DNA from: a virus
DNA: 64,000 nt
Virus record (IMG/VR): IMGVR_UViG_3300035670_000045
Span: 1 to 64,000 of that record
Reading direction: 5' to 3' (one strand)
Shown: positions 17,607 through 27,783 of the stretch, one piece after another
Layout of the letters: each line of letters starts with the position of its first letter
Position numbering within the stretch: the first letter of the stretch is position 1
Notes under the pieces: model-generated
What the model was told of the DNA's origin: nothing
The model's database searches: none
The model's input: the letters and a program-made list of their open reading frames with translations, nothing else
Position numbers and translations under genes: made by a program

Positions 17607-20600
17607 GTGGCATACTCCGACCCCAACTCCGCCTTCGATCACCTGCACACGGAGACCTCGGAGGCCCTCGCCTCCCACTTCCCTATCGTCGGGAAGAAGT
17701 ACACGGTGCGGCTCGCCGGAACGACGCTCGGTCAACGGCTTGACCCCAACGACATCCGCTCGCAGTACCAGAAGCGAGTGGACGGTGGGTCGTACTCCGT
17801 CCCGCTTTACGGGAACCTGCAGCTCGTGGAGAACGAGACTGGAAAGGTCATGGAAGAGCGCAAGCTCCATCTCCTCGACCTTCCACAGATGACGAATCGG
17901 TTTTCGTACATCGTTGGCGGCAAGGAGTACCAGGTAGCCAACCAGTGGCAGTCCCGCGCGGGTGCGTACACGAAGCGCGGACAGAACGGCGAGCTCTCCA
18001 CCAGGTTCAACGTGCTGAATCGCAACCAGTTCGACCTGACCTTCCACCCAGAGACCAGCAACGTGGAGATGGAGGTCAAGTCTGCGCGCATCCCCGTGTA
18101 CCCGCTCCTCAAGGCACTGGGCGCGTCGGACTCGGAAATCGAAAAGCGTGTGGGCAAGGTGGCGTTCGAGTCCATGCGAGACGCCCGCGGTGTCGGGTCG
18201 GCACTGCGCCAGTTCTACAAGACGACCACGCGGAAGGACGCGGAGTCAGACGAGGCAGCGCACGCACACTTCGTGGACCAGATGAAAGAGTCCGTGATGG
18301 ACCCGCAGGTCACGAAGCACACACTCGGCGCGGAGATGTCTCATGTCACCGCGGACACACTCCTTCGTAGCATCGAGAAGCTGCAGAAGGTACACGGTGG
18401 AGCTCCCGAGGATGACAAGGACTCCCTCGTATTCAAGGGCCTGCGTTCCATCGGGGACTTCGCTGGTGACAAGATCCGAGCCCACGGTAAGGCCGTGCGG
18501 GAGCGCGTCGGTCGGCAACTCACTTCGGGGACTACACTTCGCCGCATCATCCCGCCCGGTCTGTTCAACGCGCCGCTGCGTGAGACATTCACGGACAACG
18601 CGGCGTCGGAGCTCGCAGCACAGATCAACCCGGTCGAGATGATCGGGAAGAACTTCCAGACAACGGTGCTCGGCCCAGGTGGCATCACCAGTGAGGACAA
18701 GATCCTCGACTCGGTGAAGCTCATCAACCGGTCGCACTTGGGCTTCCAAGACACGGTCGTCACCCCGGAATCCGGGCGTACAGGGGTAAACCTACGTCTC
18801 CCTCTGGGGCTTCAGAAGGTGGGCAAGGACGCCAAAATCTCGGTGTACAATCTGCGCACGGGTGCGCCCGAGATGGTGGACACCGGAACGTTCCTGACTT
18901 CCCACGTGGTCCTTCCGGACCAGGTGTCGTGGAAGAACGGCACACCGGTCCCGGTCGCTGCGGACGTCAAGGTGGCGGGCAAGGACAACGAGATTGAGGT
19001 GATGCCTTTCCACAAGGCGCACTACGTGATGCGGCACCCGAGCCAGGTGTTCTCCACGACCACCAACCTGATCCCGTTCCTGGCCAACGTGTCGGGTAAC
19101 CGGGCCTCGATGGCGACTCGTCACATCGAGCAGGCGATATCGCTCACGGACCGTGAGCCCCCGCTCGTGCAAGCAGCTTCGGGGCATCCGAATCCTCACC
19201 TTCGGACGTTCCACGACGTCATTGGGCGGCAGAGCGCACACATCTCGCCGTTCAACGGGAAAGTCGTGGCGGTGAAGCCGGACGGCATCCACATCCAGAC
19301 AGAGGCGGGGCTGAAGGAGGTGCAGATCTACAACCACTTCCCACTCAACGACGCGAAGTCGACCCTGCACTCCACCCCGGTGGTGAAGGTCGGGGACGAG
19401 GTGACGAAGGGCCAGCTCCTTGCGGACACGAACTACACGAAGAACGGCACGCTGGCTCTTGGGAAGAATCTGCGGGTGGCCTACCTGCCCTTCCGGGGCC
19501 TGAACTTCGAAGATGGGGTGGTCGTGTCCGAGACGGCAGCGAAGAAGCTGACCTCGAACCACATGTACAAGGACCAGCTCACGGTCACTCCGGAGACGAT
19601 TCTCGACAAGAAGAAGTTCCTGTACCACGTCGGCGGAGGGTACCGAAAAGACCAGGTCGAGAACATCGGCGATGACGGTGTTGTGCGGGTGGGCAGCAAG
19701 CTCCGGCCCGGAGACCCCATGATCCTCGCGATGTCTCCGTACGACCTCAAGTCCCGAATGGATGCGAGGTCGATCAATCGTGCGCTCACGGGGGCGCACA
19801 ACGACAAGTCCCTGCGGTGGCATGGGGACGTCGAGGGTGAGGTCGTAAGCGTGCACCGGTCGAAGGACGGTGTGCACGTGCATGTGAAGACCACGGAAGC
19901 GGCGAGGGTCGGGGACAAGCTGTCGTCCGCGAACGCAAACAAGGGCGTCATCTCGATGATCGTCCCTGACCACATGATGCCTCACACTCCAGACGGATCG
20001 CCCATCGAAGTAGCGCTCAACCCTTGCTATGACGACAAGACCGAGTTTTTGACCCGACGCGGTTGGGTCCGAGGCCCGGAGCTGGTCAACGAGGACATCT
20101 TTGCCACGATCAACCCGATGACGCTCCGGCTCGAGTACCAGCGTCCGGTGCAGGGCGTGTACCGCTGGAGGTACACGGGAAAGATGTACCGGCTGAAGAA
20201 CGCGCAGCTCGATTTGTGTGTGACCCCCAACCACAAGAACTTCGTCGCGAAGCGGGTACCTGGGGCACTGGGTCCTATCGACTTGGGATCCGTGCCGCCG
20301 GGCACTTTCCAGTTGGAGGAGGCGCAGGCAGGCTTTGGTCAGCCGCGCCGGCACCTGAAGGCTGCCGCGTGGGAAGGCACCCCCGTACATACGGTGCACG
20401 TACCCGCCGGGTCTCAGTGCGTCACAGGACCGAAGAACCAGCCACTGAATTTGTCGGAGAGTGACTACGCCGAGCTCATGGGGTGGTACCTGTCGGAGGG
20501 GTACTGCCAAAAGACCAAGTCGGGTGGGTACGTCGTGGCCATCTCTCAGTCGCGTACGGCCAACTCGGAGAAGTACGAGCGCATCGTAGCCCTCCTGACA

Positions 20601-23600
20601 CGCATCGGGCTTTCCCCCATCTTGGGCGACGAAGACATCCGAGTTCACCACAAGGGCCTCTTCGAGCTTTTGAAGCCGCTTGGGTATCAGCACGAGCGAT
20701 TCATCCCGGAGAGTGTTCAGTCCCTCCCTGCGGCTTCCCTGCGCGTGTTCCTCGACGCTTACCTCATGGGGGATGGGAGCCGACGGGATCGGCCGTCGGA
20801 CGGGCACCACGGCACGATGCGGTTTAGCACGACGAGTCGAGCCCTGGCGGACGGGATCCAGCTCGTTGCATTCAAGCTTGGCAGGGTCGTCAACGTTCAT
20901 CCGCCAAAGGTGCGCATGCGCAGCCAGATGGAGCGCCCGTGCTACGAGCTCTCGATTGGGGCGCGTCACCGTGCCCCTTGGGCGAACTGGTCGGAAGAGA
21001 CGAAGAAGAACCAGACGGAAGAGTGGGTGGACTACGACGGCACGGTGTACTGCACGGAGGTGCCGAACGGCGTCCTCGTGGTACGACGCAACGGCAAGGT
21101 AGTGATTTCGGGCAACAGCGGCGTGCCCGGTAGGATGAACCCCTCCCAGTTGTTGGAGACAGCGGCGTCAAAGATCGCGCTCAAGACGGGCAAGACGTTC
21201 ATCGTTCCGAACTTCAAGCACGGATACGATGCTGTGGCGCACGTACAGTCGGAGCTCGAGAAGCACGGGCTGACGGACACGGAGGAGCTCATCGACCCGG
21301 TTAGCAAGCAGAGCCTCGGGAAGGTCATGGTGGGTCACCAGCACATCCTCAAGCTGGTACACCAGTCGGACAAGAAAATCGGAGTGGCTTCTGGCATGAC
21401 GTTGCCAGGTGTACCGTCCGACGAGAAGTACGACGCGAACCTGCAGCCGAAGGGCGGCTCCCGTCTTGGGTCCCTCGGCACGTACGCGCTCTTGGCGCAT
21501 GGTGCGGTACACAACCTTCGTGAGTTCCAGACGTTCAAGGGGGAAGGAGAGGACCGTGAGGCTGACGGGTCCAAGCGTTGGCCGTCCCAGCACGTCGACG
21601 TGTGGAACGCCATTCAAACGGGGGCCCCGCTTCCTCTGCCCAAGAGCTCGTTTGCTTTCCACAAGTTCACGGAGATGCTCAAGGGGTCAGGCATCAACGT
21701 CGAGAAGAAGGGGCACGAGATCATCGCCAGCCCGCTGACCGATGCGCATGTCCTCGAGCTCGCTGGGAACCGAGTGCTCCCCAAGCCTGGTGACATCGTC
21801 AACGCCAAGATCGACAAGGCGACCGGAGAGCTCCAGCCTCGACCTGGGGGACTGTTCGATGTCAAGCTCACGGGCGGGCACAACGGGAAGAAGTGGTCGC
21901 GCATCGAGCTTCACGAGCCGATGCCAAACCCCATCTTCGAGGGGCCGATTCGCGCGTTGACCGGACTGAGCGCGGAGCACTTCCACGGCATCATCTCCGG
22001 CACCCACGGGGTGTCTGCCTCCGGCAAAGTGACCCCGGTCAAAGACGCGGTTCACCATGGGGGGCACGCCATCGCTCACCTTCTGAAGGGGATCGACGTC
22101 AAGAAGGAGCTGGAGGCTACCACCCAGGCGTTGAACAACGCCCCGCCCTCGAAGGTCGATGGCATCCTCAAGAAGGCCAAGTACCTCCGCGCACTCGATG
22201 GTCTTGGGCTCAACCCCCACGACGCGTACATCATGAAGAACGTGGCGGTCATCCCGCCCGCGTTCCGGCCCGTGTCCGTGCTGGGGGACGGCAAGAACAT
22301 CAACGTGGGTGACGTGAATCGCATCTACCGAGATGTCGGCATCCTGAACGAGCGCATGGGTCACTCTGCGCTGGACCAAGCGCCGGAGGTGAAGGCTGCC
22401 GTACGAAAGGACCTGTACGAGAGCATCCGGCAGATCAGTGGCGACGGCATCCCTTACGCAGATGCAAAGCACAAGGGGTTGCTGCATTTGCTGGCGGGGC
22501 CCGCGCCGAAGCAGGGGTTCATCCAAAAGCGACTGACCCAGAAACGGCAAGACTTGTCGCTCACCGCTGTCATCACACCGGAGCCCGCGCTCCATCTCGA
22601 TCAAGTCGGGCTCCCGAGGGACAAGGCGCTCGAGCTCTTCCGGCCGTTCGTGGTGCAGAAGCTTCAAGAGATGGGCTACGCCAAGCACCCCCTCGAGGCA
22701 CGAGCTGTACTGGCAAAGGCGGGGCCGGAGTCGTTCGCGGCACTGGAGAAGGTTGTTGCCGACCGCCCCGTACTCATCAAGCGTGACCCCGCACTCCACA
22801 AGTACTCCGTGCAGGGATTCGATGTGAAGCTCGTCGAGGGCAACACTATGAAGCTTCACCCGCTAGTTTGCGGGGGATTCACCGCTGACTTCGACGGGGA
22901 TAGTGCCCTAGGTGAGGTTATCGTTGTAGCTGCTGGGGGTGATGCGTGTCAGGGTGATCCGAAAGGGTTCCATATGCCGCACACGGGAGATGTCGCTTCA
23001 GCACGGGTGGTCGACCTCGCTGACTTTCCGAGGATCGAGGAGACCGCGCGCACCAATTCTCGCGGGGTGGTGGAGTACGACGTCCCTTCTGGGACGTACG
23101 TGCCCGCGTTCCACGAGGGGCGCATGCAGATGATGGCCGTGTCGGAGTACTCGGTGCACCCCAACTGTCGAGAGTGGAAAGTCACGACCCACCGCGGTCG
23201 GGAGCTACTCTGTTCCGAGAACCACAGCTTGGCTGTATTGGACCCGGACACGCTTGAAGTTGTGAAGAAGTCTCCTCGTGACGCGGAAGGCCTCGGCATC
23301 CCTGTGCTGCGAGACCTGGGGGAAACTACTGCGACCTGGGCCCTTCCTGGTGTCGCAGCAACGCACCACCGGGCGAAGCCCATGGTTGGGGAGGTCCCGC
23401 TCGACCGGTCCGTCGGGTGGTTCCTTGGGGCCACACTCGGAGACGGCTGGGTGTCCGACCTGTCACGTGGCCCGACGCAACAAGGGCGCTTCACGGGAAA
23501 GCTCAAGGAGCGTTCGGAGTGCAAGTCCCGGCAAGTGTGCCTGTCGTACGGAAAGGGCGAGGCCAGCGCGGCTGTTGCCGCCCACTGGGCCAAGGTTGCG

Positions 23601-26600
23601 GAGTCGCTAGTGAGTGACTCCATGTGCGGAGTGGCACACCTGCCTCACGAGTTCGAGGGCAAGCCCTGCACTTCGTACCGACTCACGCTGGCGAACACCA
23701 GCTTGGGTCTGTGGGTCGAGGAATTGATCGGTACGGGTGCAGAGCGAAAGCACTTGCCCGCCGACTTCCTCACGTACCCGCTGGAGTGCCGTCGGGGTCT
23801 CTTCTGCGGGCTGATGGATACGGACGGGACGGTGAACTGGGTGACTGCGAAGTCGAAGTCGACACCCCAGTTCCAGTGCTCGATCACGACGATCAGTCAG
23901 GAGCTCGCGGATGGTCTGCAGCTGTTGGCGGGGTCGGTAGGGGTGGTTTCCAACCGTACCGTGTACACCAACCGGGGCAAGCCTGTTTACCTGGTCAGCT
24001 TCTCCACACGCTCCATGCAGGATGCTGGGTGGGTGGAGTTGATCCATACGGGCAAACAAGCCAACCTGTCGAAGTTGTGGGCGACTGCTGGGGTCATGCA
24101 TGGGCGTGGGGACGTGGTCCCGATGCCGCCACGTGCACTTGAGGAGCTGCTCGAGCACCTGCGGGCGCTTGGTGCGGCTAAGAAAGACAAGGACGATTCC
24201 GAGAAGTCGGCGTTTGCGACCTACGCTGCACTGAAACGCACCACTCAGTACGTCACCCGTACCATGGTGGAAAAGCTCCAAGGACAGCTGCAGGGTCGAG
24301 AGCTGAGCGGCTACTTGTCGAAGTGGCTCCAGCTGGCCACTAACGCATCGTTGGGTTGGGACATCGTCACGTCGGCTGCAGCCACGGGCGAGACAAAGAC
24401 CATGTACGACCTCACGGTCCCCGATGCGTGGACCTTCACGATGGCGAATGGCGCGGTTGTATGGGACACAATGCGCGCTTATGTGCCGATCTCCAAGGAG
24501 GCGGTGCAGGAAGCACACCGCATGAAGCCCTCTCAGAACCTGTTCGCAGAGAGCACGGGCCAGATCATGTACGTACCCTCGCTCGACTCAGCGCTTGGGC
24601 TCTACAAGATGTCCCTGCCTGGGGCGAAGACCGACCACAAGTTCACTTCCACCCAAGACATCCTGGCAGCCGCCAAGTCTGGGAAGATGGGCCCTCGTGA
24701 CATCGTACAGTTGAACGGGAAGCCCACCACTGCAGCTCGTGTGTTGCTCGCTGACGCGTTGCCGGAAGCGATGCGGCCCAAGATGTTGCATGGGGTGGAC
24801 GATCACATCAATGGGAGCCGGCTCCGCGATTTGTACACGGAGATCGGAAAGTCGCATAAGGCCGAGTTCGCCAAATCCGCCGACGCCTTGAAAGACATCG
24901 GGAACCATGCCGCGTTCGGTACTGTCCCCATCCCCAACTCCAAGGATTACCTGACCATCGGCGCTCACTCCCTTTCCCTGGCGGACATGAAGACGCTGGC
25001 GGAGGTGCGTGACCCCGTGGTCAACGCCGCACATCACGACGTTGCCGAGATCCGGAAGAAGTTCGGGAAGACCCCGGATGCGGACGCGAAAGTCGTGGCG
25101 AGGTACAAGGAGGCGGAGAAGCAACTTCGCGCCCACATCGCTGCCATCCCACACGAGAAGGGCAACAACCTCCACACGATGTACCTGGCGGGGGTCAAGC
25201 CGGGGTGGGACCAGTACAAGCAGCTGATCTTTGGCCCGATGCTGCTCGAGGACTCCACGGGAAAGACCATCACCACGCCGGTGACGCGCAGCTACTCGGA
25301 AGGACTCGATGTCGCGGGGTACTGGACCCAGATGCACGGCGCACGTAAGGGTTCCGTGCAGAAGGTGCAGGAGGTCAGCGAGCCCGGCGCACTCACCAAG
25401 CTCATCATGCAGTCCACCCTTAACACGGTGGTGGCTGCGCCCGACTGCGGCACCTCCAGGGGCGTGTTGCTGCCGGTGAGTGGCGCGGCTTCGGACGTGC
25501 ACGACCGGGTACTTGCACGTGACTTCTCTCACGGAGGGCTGCATGTCCCGGCGGGGACTATCCTCGACCCCAGGGTCGTCGACAAGATCCGTGCGGCCAG
25601 CCCTACGGCACAGGTGCTCGTGCGCTCCCCGTTGAGGTGCGAGCACGGCAACGGGGTATGCCAGAAGTGCGCTGGGCTGTCGCCCAACGGGCACCATCAC
25701 CCGTTGGGGACAAACATCGGGGTCATCGCGTCCCAGACGGTGGGCGAGCGTGCGGTGCAGCTGATGCTCAAGAGCTTCCACTCCGGAGGTACCGCCTCCA
25801 TCGGCGGAGGGCCCACGCTCATCGGCGGGTTCAAGCGGCTCGAGCAGCTCACTACCCTGCCGGAGAAGGTACCCAACCAGGCCACGTTGGCGATGCGCTC
25901 GGGGACGATCAGCAAGATCGAGCACAAGCCTACGGGTGTGGACGTGTACGTCGACGGGCACAAGCACTTCGTGGGCAAGGACCCGTCCGGACAGGAGCTC
26001 CACAAGCCCCACGCTGGCTCCCAGTGGACGGGCCTGGCCGTGGGCCAGACCGTGAAGGCCGGGGATCACCTGTCGGATCCGACGCGTAGCATCGTGAACC
26101 CCCGGGACCTCTACAAGGCCACGGGCAGTATCGAGGTCGTACAGAATCACCTGGCGGACGAGATGCACAAGCTGTACGCCAGTGAGAACGTGAAGCGTCG
26201 ACACTTGGAGACCGTGGTGCGTGGCCTCACCAGCGTCACGAAGGTGGTGGACCCCGGCGGTGCCAGCGGGATCCTACGCGGTGAGTTCAAGCCGTTGGCG
26301 TCCGTGCACAGCCTCAACAAGGAGCTGCAGAAGGCGGGACGTCCACTCATCGAGCACACGCCTACCCTCCGCGGAGTGGAGACCGTCCCGCACGACATGC
26401 AGGACGATTGGATCGCCAAGCTGCAGCACCGACGCATCATCGACACCCTGACGGGCGCGGCTGCGCTAGGATCGAAGGCGAACATCCATGGCACCCACCC
26501 GATCACGGGGTTGGCGTACGGTGCACGCTTCGGATTGACGAAGCGGCACTCGGCGCAGCCCGGGCTTCACGACCACAAGGACGTACCGGAGCACTACTAC

Positions 26601-26603
26601 TGA
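17607..26603 (+). CDS. rpoBC: DNA-directed RNA polymerase, fused beta-beta' chain with two inteins (about 2112 aa spliced)
   Basis: Beta motifs LGPGG, TPES, LIPFL..NRA.M, LGKNLRVAY..NFEDG, GDKL..NKGV and P/SGVPGRMN. Beta' motifs IPPAFRP, KRQDLS, RDPALH, ADFDGD, HGARKG bridge helix, RSPLRC..C..C and QLMLKSFHSGG trigger loop. Confidence 0.95.
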   Translation: MAYSDPNSAFDHLHTETSEALASHFPIVGKKYTVRLAGTTLGQRLDPNDIRSQYQKRVDGGSYSVPLYGNLQLVENETGKVMEERKLHLLDLPQMTNRFSYIVGGKEYQVANQWQSRAGAYTKRGQNGELSTRFNVLNRNQFDLTFHPETSNVEMEVKSARIPVYPLLKALGASDSEIEKRVGKVAFESMRDARGVGSALRQFYKTTTRKDAESDEAAHAHFVDQMKESVMDPQVTKHTLGAEMSHVTADTLLRSIEKLQKVHGGAPEDDKDSLVFKGLRSIGDFAGDKIRAHGKAVRERVGRQLTSGTTLRRIIPPGLFNAPLRETFTDNAASELAAQINPVEMIGKNFQTTVLGPGGITSEDKILDSVKLINRSHLGFQDTVVTPESGRTGVNLRLPLGLQKVGKDAKISVYNLRTGAPEMVDTGTFLTSHVVLPDQVSWKNGTPVPVAADVKVAGKDNEIEVMPFHKAHYVMRHPSQVFSTTTNLIPFLANVSGNRASMATRHIEQAISLTDREPPLVQAASGHPNPHLRTFHDVIGRQSAHISPFNGKVVAVKPDGIHIQTEAGLKEVQIYNHFPLNDAKSTLHSTPVVKVGDEVTKGQLLADTNYTKNGTLALGKNLRVAYLPFRGLNFEDGVVVSETAAKKLTSNHMYKDQLTVTPETILDKKKFLYHVGGGYRKDQVENIGDDGVVRVGSKLRPGDPMILAMSPYDLKSRMDARSINRALTGAHNDKSLRWHGDVEGEVVSVHRSKDGVHVHVKTTEAARVGDKLSSANANKGVISMIVPDHMMPHTPDGSPIEVALNPCYDDKTEFLTRRGWVRGPELVNEDIFATINPMTLRLEYQRPVQGVYRWRYTGKMYRLKNAQLDLCVTPNHKNFVAKRVPGALGPIDLGSVPPGTFQLEEAQAGFGQPRRHLKAAAWEGTPVHTVHVPAGSQCVTGPKNQPLNLSESDYAELMGWYLSEGYCQKTKSGGYVVAISQSRTANSEKYERIVALLTRIGLSPILGDEDIRVHHKGLFELLKPLGYQHERFIPESVQSLPAASLRVFLDAYLMGDGSRRDRPSDGHHGTMRFSTTSRALADGIQLVAFKLGRVVNVHPPKVRMRSQMERPCYELSIGARHRAPWANWSEETKKNQTEEWVDYDGTVYCTEVPNGVLVVRRNGKVVISGNSGVPGRMNPSQLLETAASKIALKTGKTFIVPNFKHGYDAVAHVQSELEKHGLTDTEELIDPVSKQSLGKVMVGHQHILKLVHQSDKKIGVASGMTLPGVPSDEKYDANLQPKGGSRLGSLGTYALLAHGAVHNLREFQTFKGEGEDREADGSKRWPSQHVDVWNAIQTGAPLPLPKSSFAFHKFTEMLKGSGINVEKKGHEIIASPLTDAHVLELAGNRVLPKPGDIVNAKIDKATGELQPRPGGLFDVKLTGGHNGKKWSRIELHEPMPNPIFEGPIRALTGLSAEHFHGIISGTHGVSASGKVTPVKDAVHHGGHAIAHLLKGIDVKKELEATTQALNNAPPSKVDGILKKAKYLRALDGLGLNPHDAYIMKNVAVIPPAFRPVSVLGDGKNINVGDVNRIYRDVGILNERMGHSALDQAPEVKAAVRKDLYESIRQISGDGIPYADAKHKGLLHLLAGPAPKQGFIQKRLTQKRQDLSLTAVITPEPALHLDQVGLPRDKALELFRPFVVQKLQEMGYAKHPLEARAVLAKAGPESFAALEKVVADRPVLIKRDPALHKYSVQGFDVKLVEGNTMKLHPLVCGGFTADFDGDSALGEVIVVAAGGDACQGDPKGFHMPHTGDVASARVVDLADFPRIEETARTNSRGVVEYDVPSGTYVPAFHEGRMQMMAVSEYSVHPNCREWKVTTHRGRELLCSENHSLAVLDPDTLEVVKKSPRDAEGLGIPVLRDLGETTATWALPGVAATHHRAKPMVGEVPLDRSVGWFLGATLGDGWVSDLSRGPTQQGRFTGKLKERSECKSRQVCLSYGKGEASAAVAAHWAKVAESLVSDSMCGVAHLPHEFEGKPCTSYRLTLANTSLGLWVEELIGTGAERKHLPADFLTYPLECRRGLFCGLMDTDGTVNWVTAKSKSTPQFQCSITTISQELADGLQLLAGSVGVVSNRTVYTNRGKPVYLVSFSTRSMQDAGWVELIHTGKQANLSKLWATAGVMHGRGDVVPMPPRALEELLEHLRALGAAKKDKDDSEKSAFATYAALKRTTQYVTRTMVEKLQGQLQGRELSGYLSKWLQLATNASLGWDIVTSAAATGETKTMYDLTVPDAWTFTMANGAVVWDTMRAYVPISKEAVQEAHRMKPSQNLFAESTGQIMYVPSLDSALGLYKMSLPGAKTDHKFTSTQDILAAAKSGKMGPRDIVQLNGKPTTAARVLLADALPEAMRPKMLHGVDDHINGSRLRDLYTEIGKSHKAEFAKSADALKDIGNHAAFGTVPIPNSKDYLTIGAHSLSLADMKTLAEVRDPVVNAAHHDVAEIRKKFGKTPDADAKVVARYKEAEKQLRAHIAAIPHEKGNNLHTMYLAGVKPGWDQYKQLIFGPMLLEDSTGKTITTPVTRSYSEGLDVAGYWTQMHGARKGSVQKVQEVSEPGALTKLIMQSTLNTVVAAPDCGTSRGVLLPVSGAASDVHDRVLARDFSHGGLHVPAGTILDPRVVDKIRAASPTAQVLVRSPLRCEHGNGVCQKCAGLSPNGHHHPLGTNIGVIASQTVGERAVQLMLKSFHSGGTASIGGGPTLIGGFKRLEQLTTLPEKVPNQATLAMRSGTISKIEHKPTGVDVYVDGHKHFVGKDPSGQELHKPHAGSQWTGLAVGQTVKAGDHLSDPTRSIVNPRDLYKATGSIEVVQNHLADEMHKLYASENVKRRHLETVVRGLTSVTKVVDPGGASGILRGEFKPLASVHSLNKELQKAGRPLIEHTPTLRGVETVPHDMQDDWIAKLQHRRIIDTLTGAAALGSKANIHGTHPITGLAYGARFGLTKRHSAQPGLHDHKDVPEHYY
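20025..21116 (+). mobile_element. Intein (364 aa, LAGLIDADG) in the RNAP beta region
   Basis: LNP|CYDDKTEFLTRRGW...VTPNH...GWYLSEG...YLMGDG...VYCTEVPNG...ISGN|SGVPGRMN; removing it restores the NPxGVPxRMN motif. Confidence 0.92.
22902..24467 (+). mobile_element. Intein (522 aa, LAGLIDADG), Ser-start and Asp-end, at the RNAP catalytic motif
   Basis: ADFDGD|SALG...CSENHSL...LGATLGDG...GLMDTDG...MYDLTVP...NGAVVWD|TMRAYVP; removing it restores DFDGD-x-M-x-x-x-VP. Confidence 0.88.
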
Positions 26604-27781
26604 TGCCTCTGAAGCCATCTCCCCCGCCCCTACCGTCCCGGTTTCGTTCGTCCTACACGCACAAGGAGGGGGCGAACCCGGGTCAGGTGGAGATGCTGGA
26701 GTGCCGTGTCGTGAACGTCGACATGGTCAACTGGACGGTCGACGTGTACGCCGTCTTCGACCAACGTCGTTTTTTCCACGTGCAGGTAGGCGCCCCTTAT
26801 CTGCACCACTCCAACGGGGAAGGCATCTACGTCATGCCGGAGCTCCATGCGAAGTGCATGCTGTGCCTGCCGGCGGACAGCTCCCCTCCGCATGTCGCGT
26901 ACTTCTTGATGGCGTTCGAGAACGTGGACACCGCGTCGGAGGAAGCTCCGGAAGGTACCGTGTCTCGAGGAGTTACGGGCATGAAGCCGTCGGGTGCCTC
27001 GTTCGCCGGGGGGCGTCCTCGGCACAACCCCGGGGACATCGTGCTACGGGGCAGGGACGGGAACTTCGTTGTCCTCCGGCGTGGCGGGGTGCTGGAGATC
27101 GGCTCGACGGAGCTCTGCCAGCGCATGTGCATCCCCCTGTCGAACACCATGGTGGACGTGTCCGAGAACTACTACCACCACACACCCGGCGGCACGGAGT
27201 ACTGGGGCATCCTGCCTGGGCGTAATGAGGGGAAGTCCGCCACGGAGCACTTCCAGAGTTTTCGCGTGTGGGCCGAGGACAAGTTCGCCGACGTCCGCGT
27301 CAAGATCGGAAAGGTCGGCGACCCCGCGAAAGGCCTCACTGGGAATGGGGTAGTCGGCGATGTGGTCTACGAGGTGTCCGTAGCCCCACAAGGCATCGAT
27401 CCGGAGAGCGGCGCGTACCACGACGTGAACAAGCTCGTGTACCGGATGACCGTGGACCGAGAGGGCAACACCGTGTTGGGGGCGAAGCAAGACCTGACGG
27501 TATACGCAGCTCGACGGCTGCGGCTCGAGTCGGGCGGGTCGATGACCATCCAGGCAAAGGCGGACATCGACATGAAGGCCAGCAGCGGTGTCACCGTCGA
27601 TGGCGGTGCGTTCACGACGATTCGAGGCAGTGTTGTGAAATTGGGGCCGGGTGCTAAGCCCGTGGCGACTCAGGGCAGCATGGTCCGCCTCACGTTCCCG
27701 TTCACCCCGATGGTGGCTGCCCCCGTCCCCATGATCCTCAACGGGATCATCATCACTGGCTCACCCACGGTTCTGGCGTAA
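26603..27781 (+). CDS. Baseplate spike-like protein (gp5/gpV type OB-fold + beta-helix)
   Basis: TGATG-coupled to RNAP; N-terminal RVVNVD..TVDV..P...C.L; short beta repeats DLTVYA/SMTIQA/DIDMKA; C-terminal GIIITGSPTVLA. Confidence 0.65.
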   Translation: MPLKPSPPPLPSRFRSSYTHKEGANPGQVEMLECRVVNVDMVNWTVDVYAVFDQRRFFHVQVGAPYLHHSNGEGIYVMPELHAKCMLCLPADSSPPHVAYFLMAFENVDTASEEAPEGTVSRGVTGMKPSGASFAGGRPRHNPGDIVLRGRDGNFVVLRRGGVLEIGSTELCQRMCIPLSNTMVDVSENYYHHTPGGTEYWGILPGRNEGKSATEHFQSFRVWAEDKFADVRVKIGKVGDPAKGLTGNGVVGDVVYEVSVAPQGIDPESGAYHDVNKLVYRMTVDREGNTVLGAKQDLTVYAARRLRLESGGSMTIQAKADIDMKASSGVTVDGGAFTTIRGSVVKLGPGAKPVATQGSMVRLTFPFTPMVAAPVPMILNGIIITGSPTVLA

Positions 27782-27783
27782 CG

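Noticed and set aside
17607-26603. Interpretation as a host chromosomal rpoB/rpoC locus
   Set aside because: No ribosomal protein, nusG or tuf neighbours; the sequence is highly divergent and flanked by portal, spike and terminase genes.
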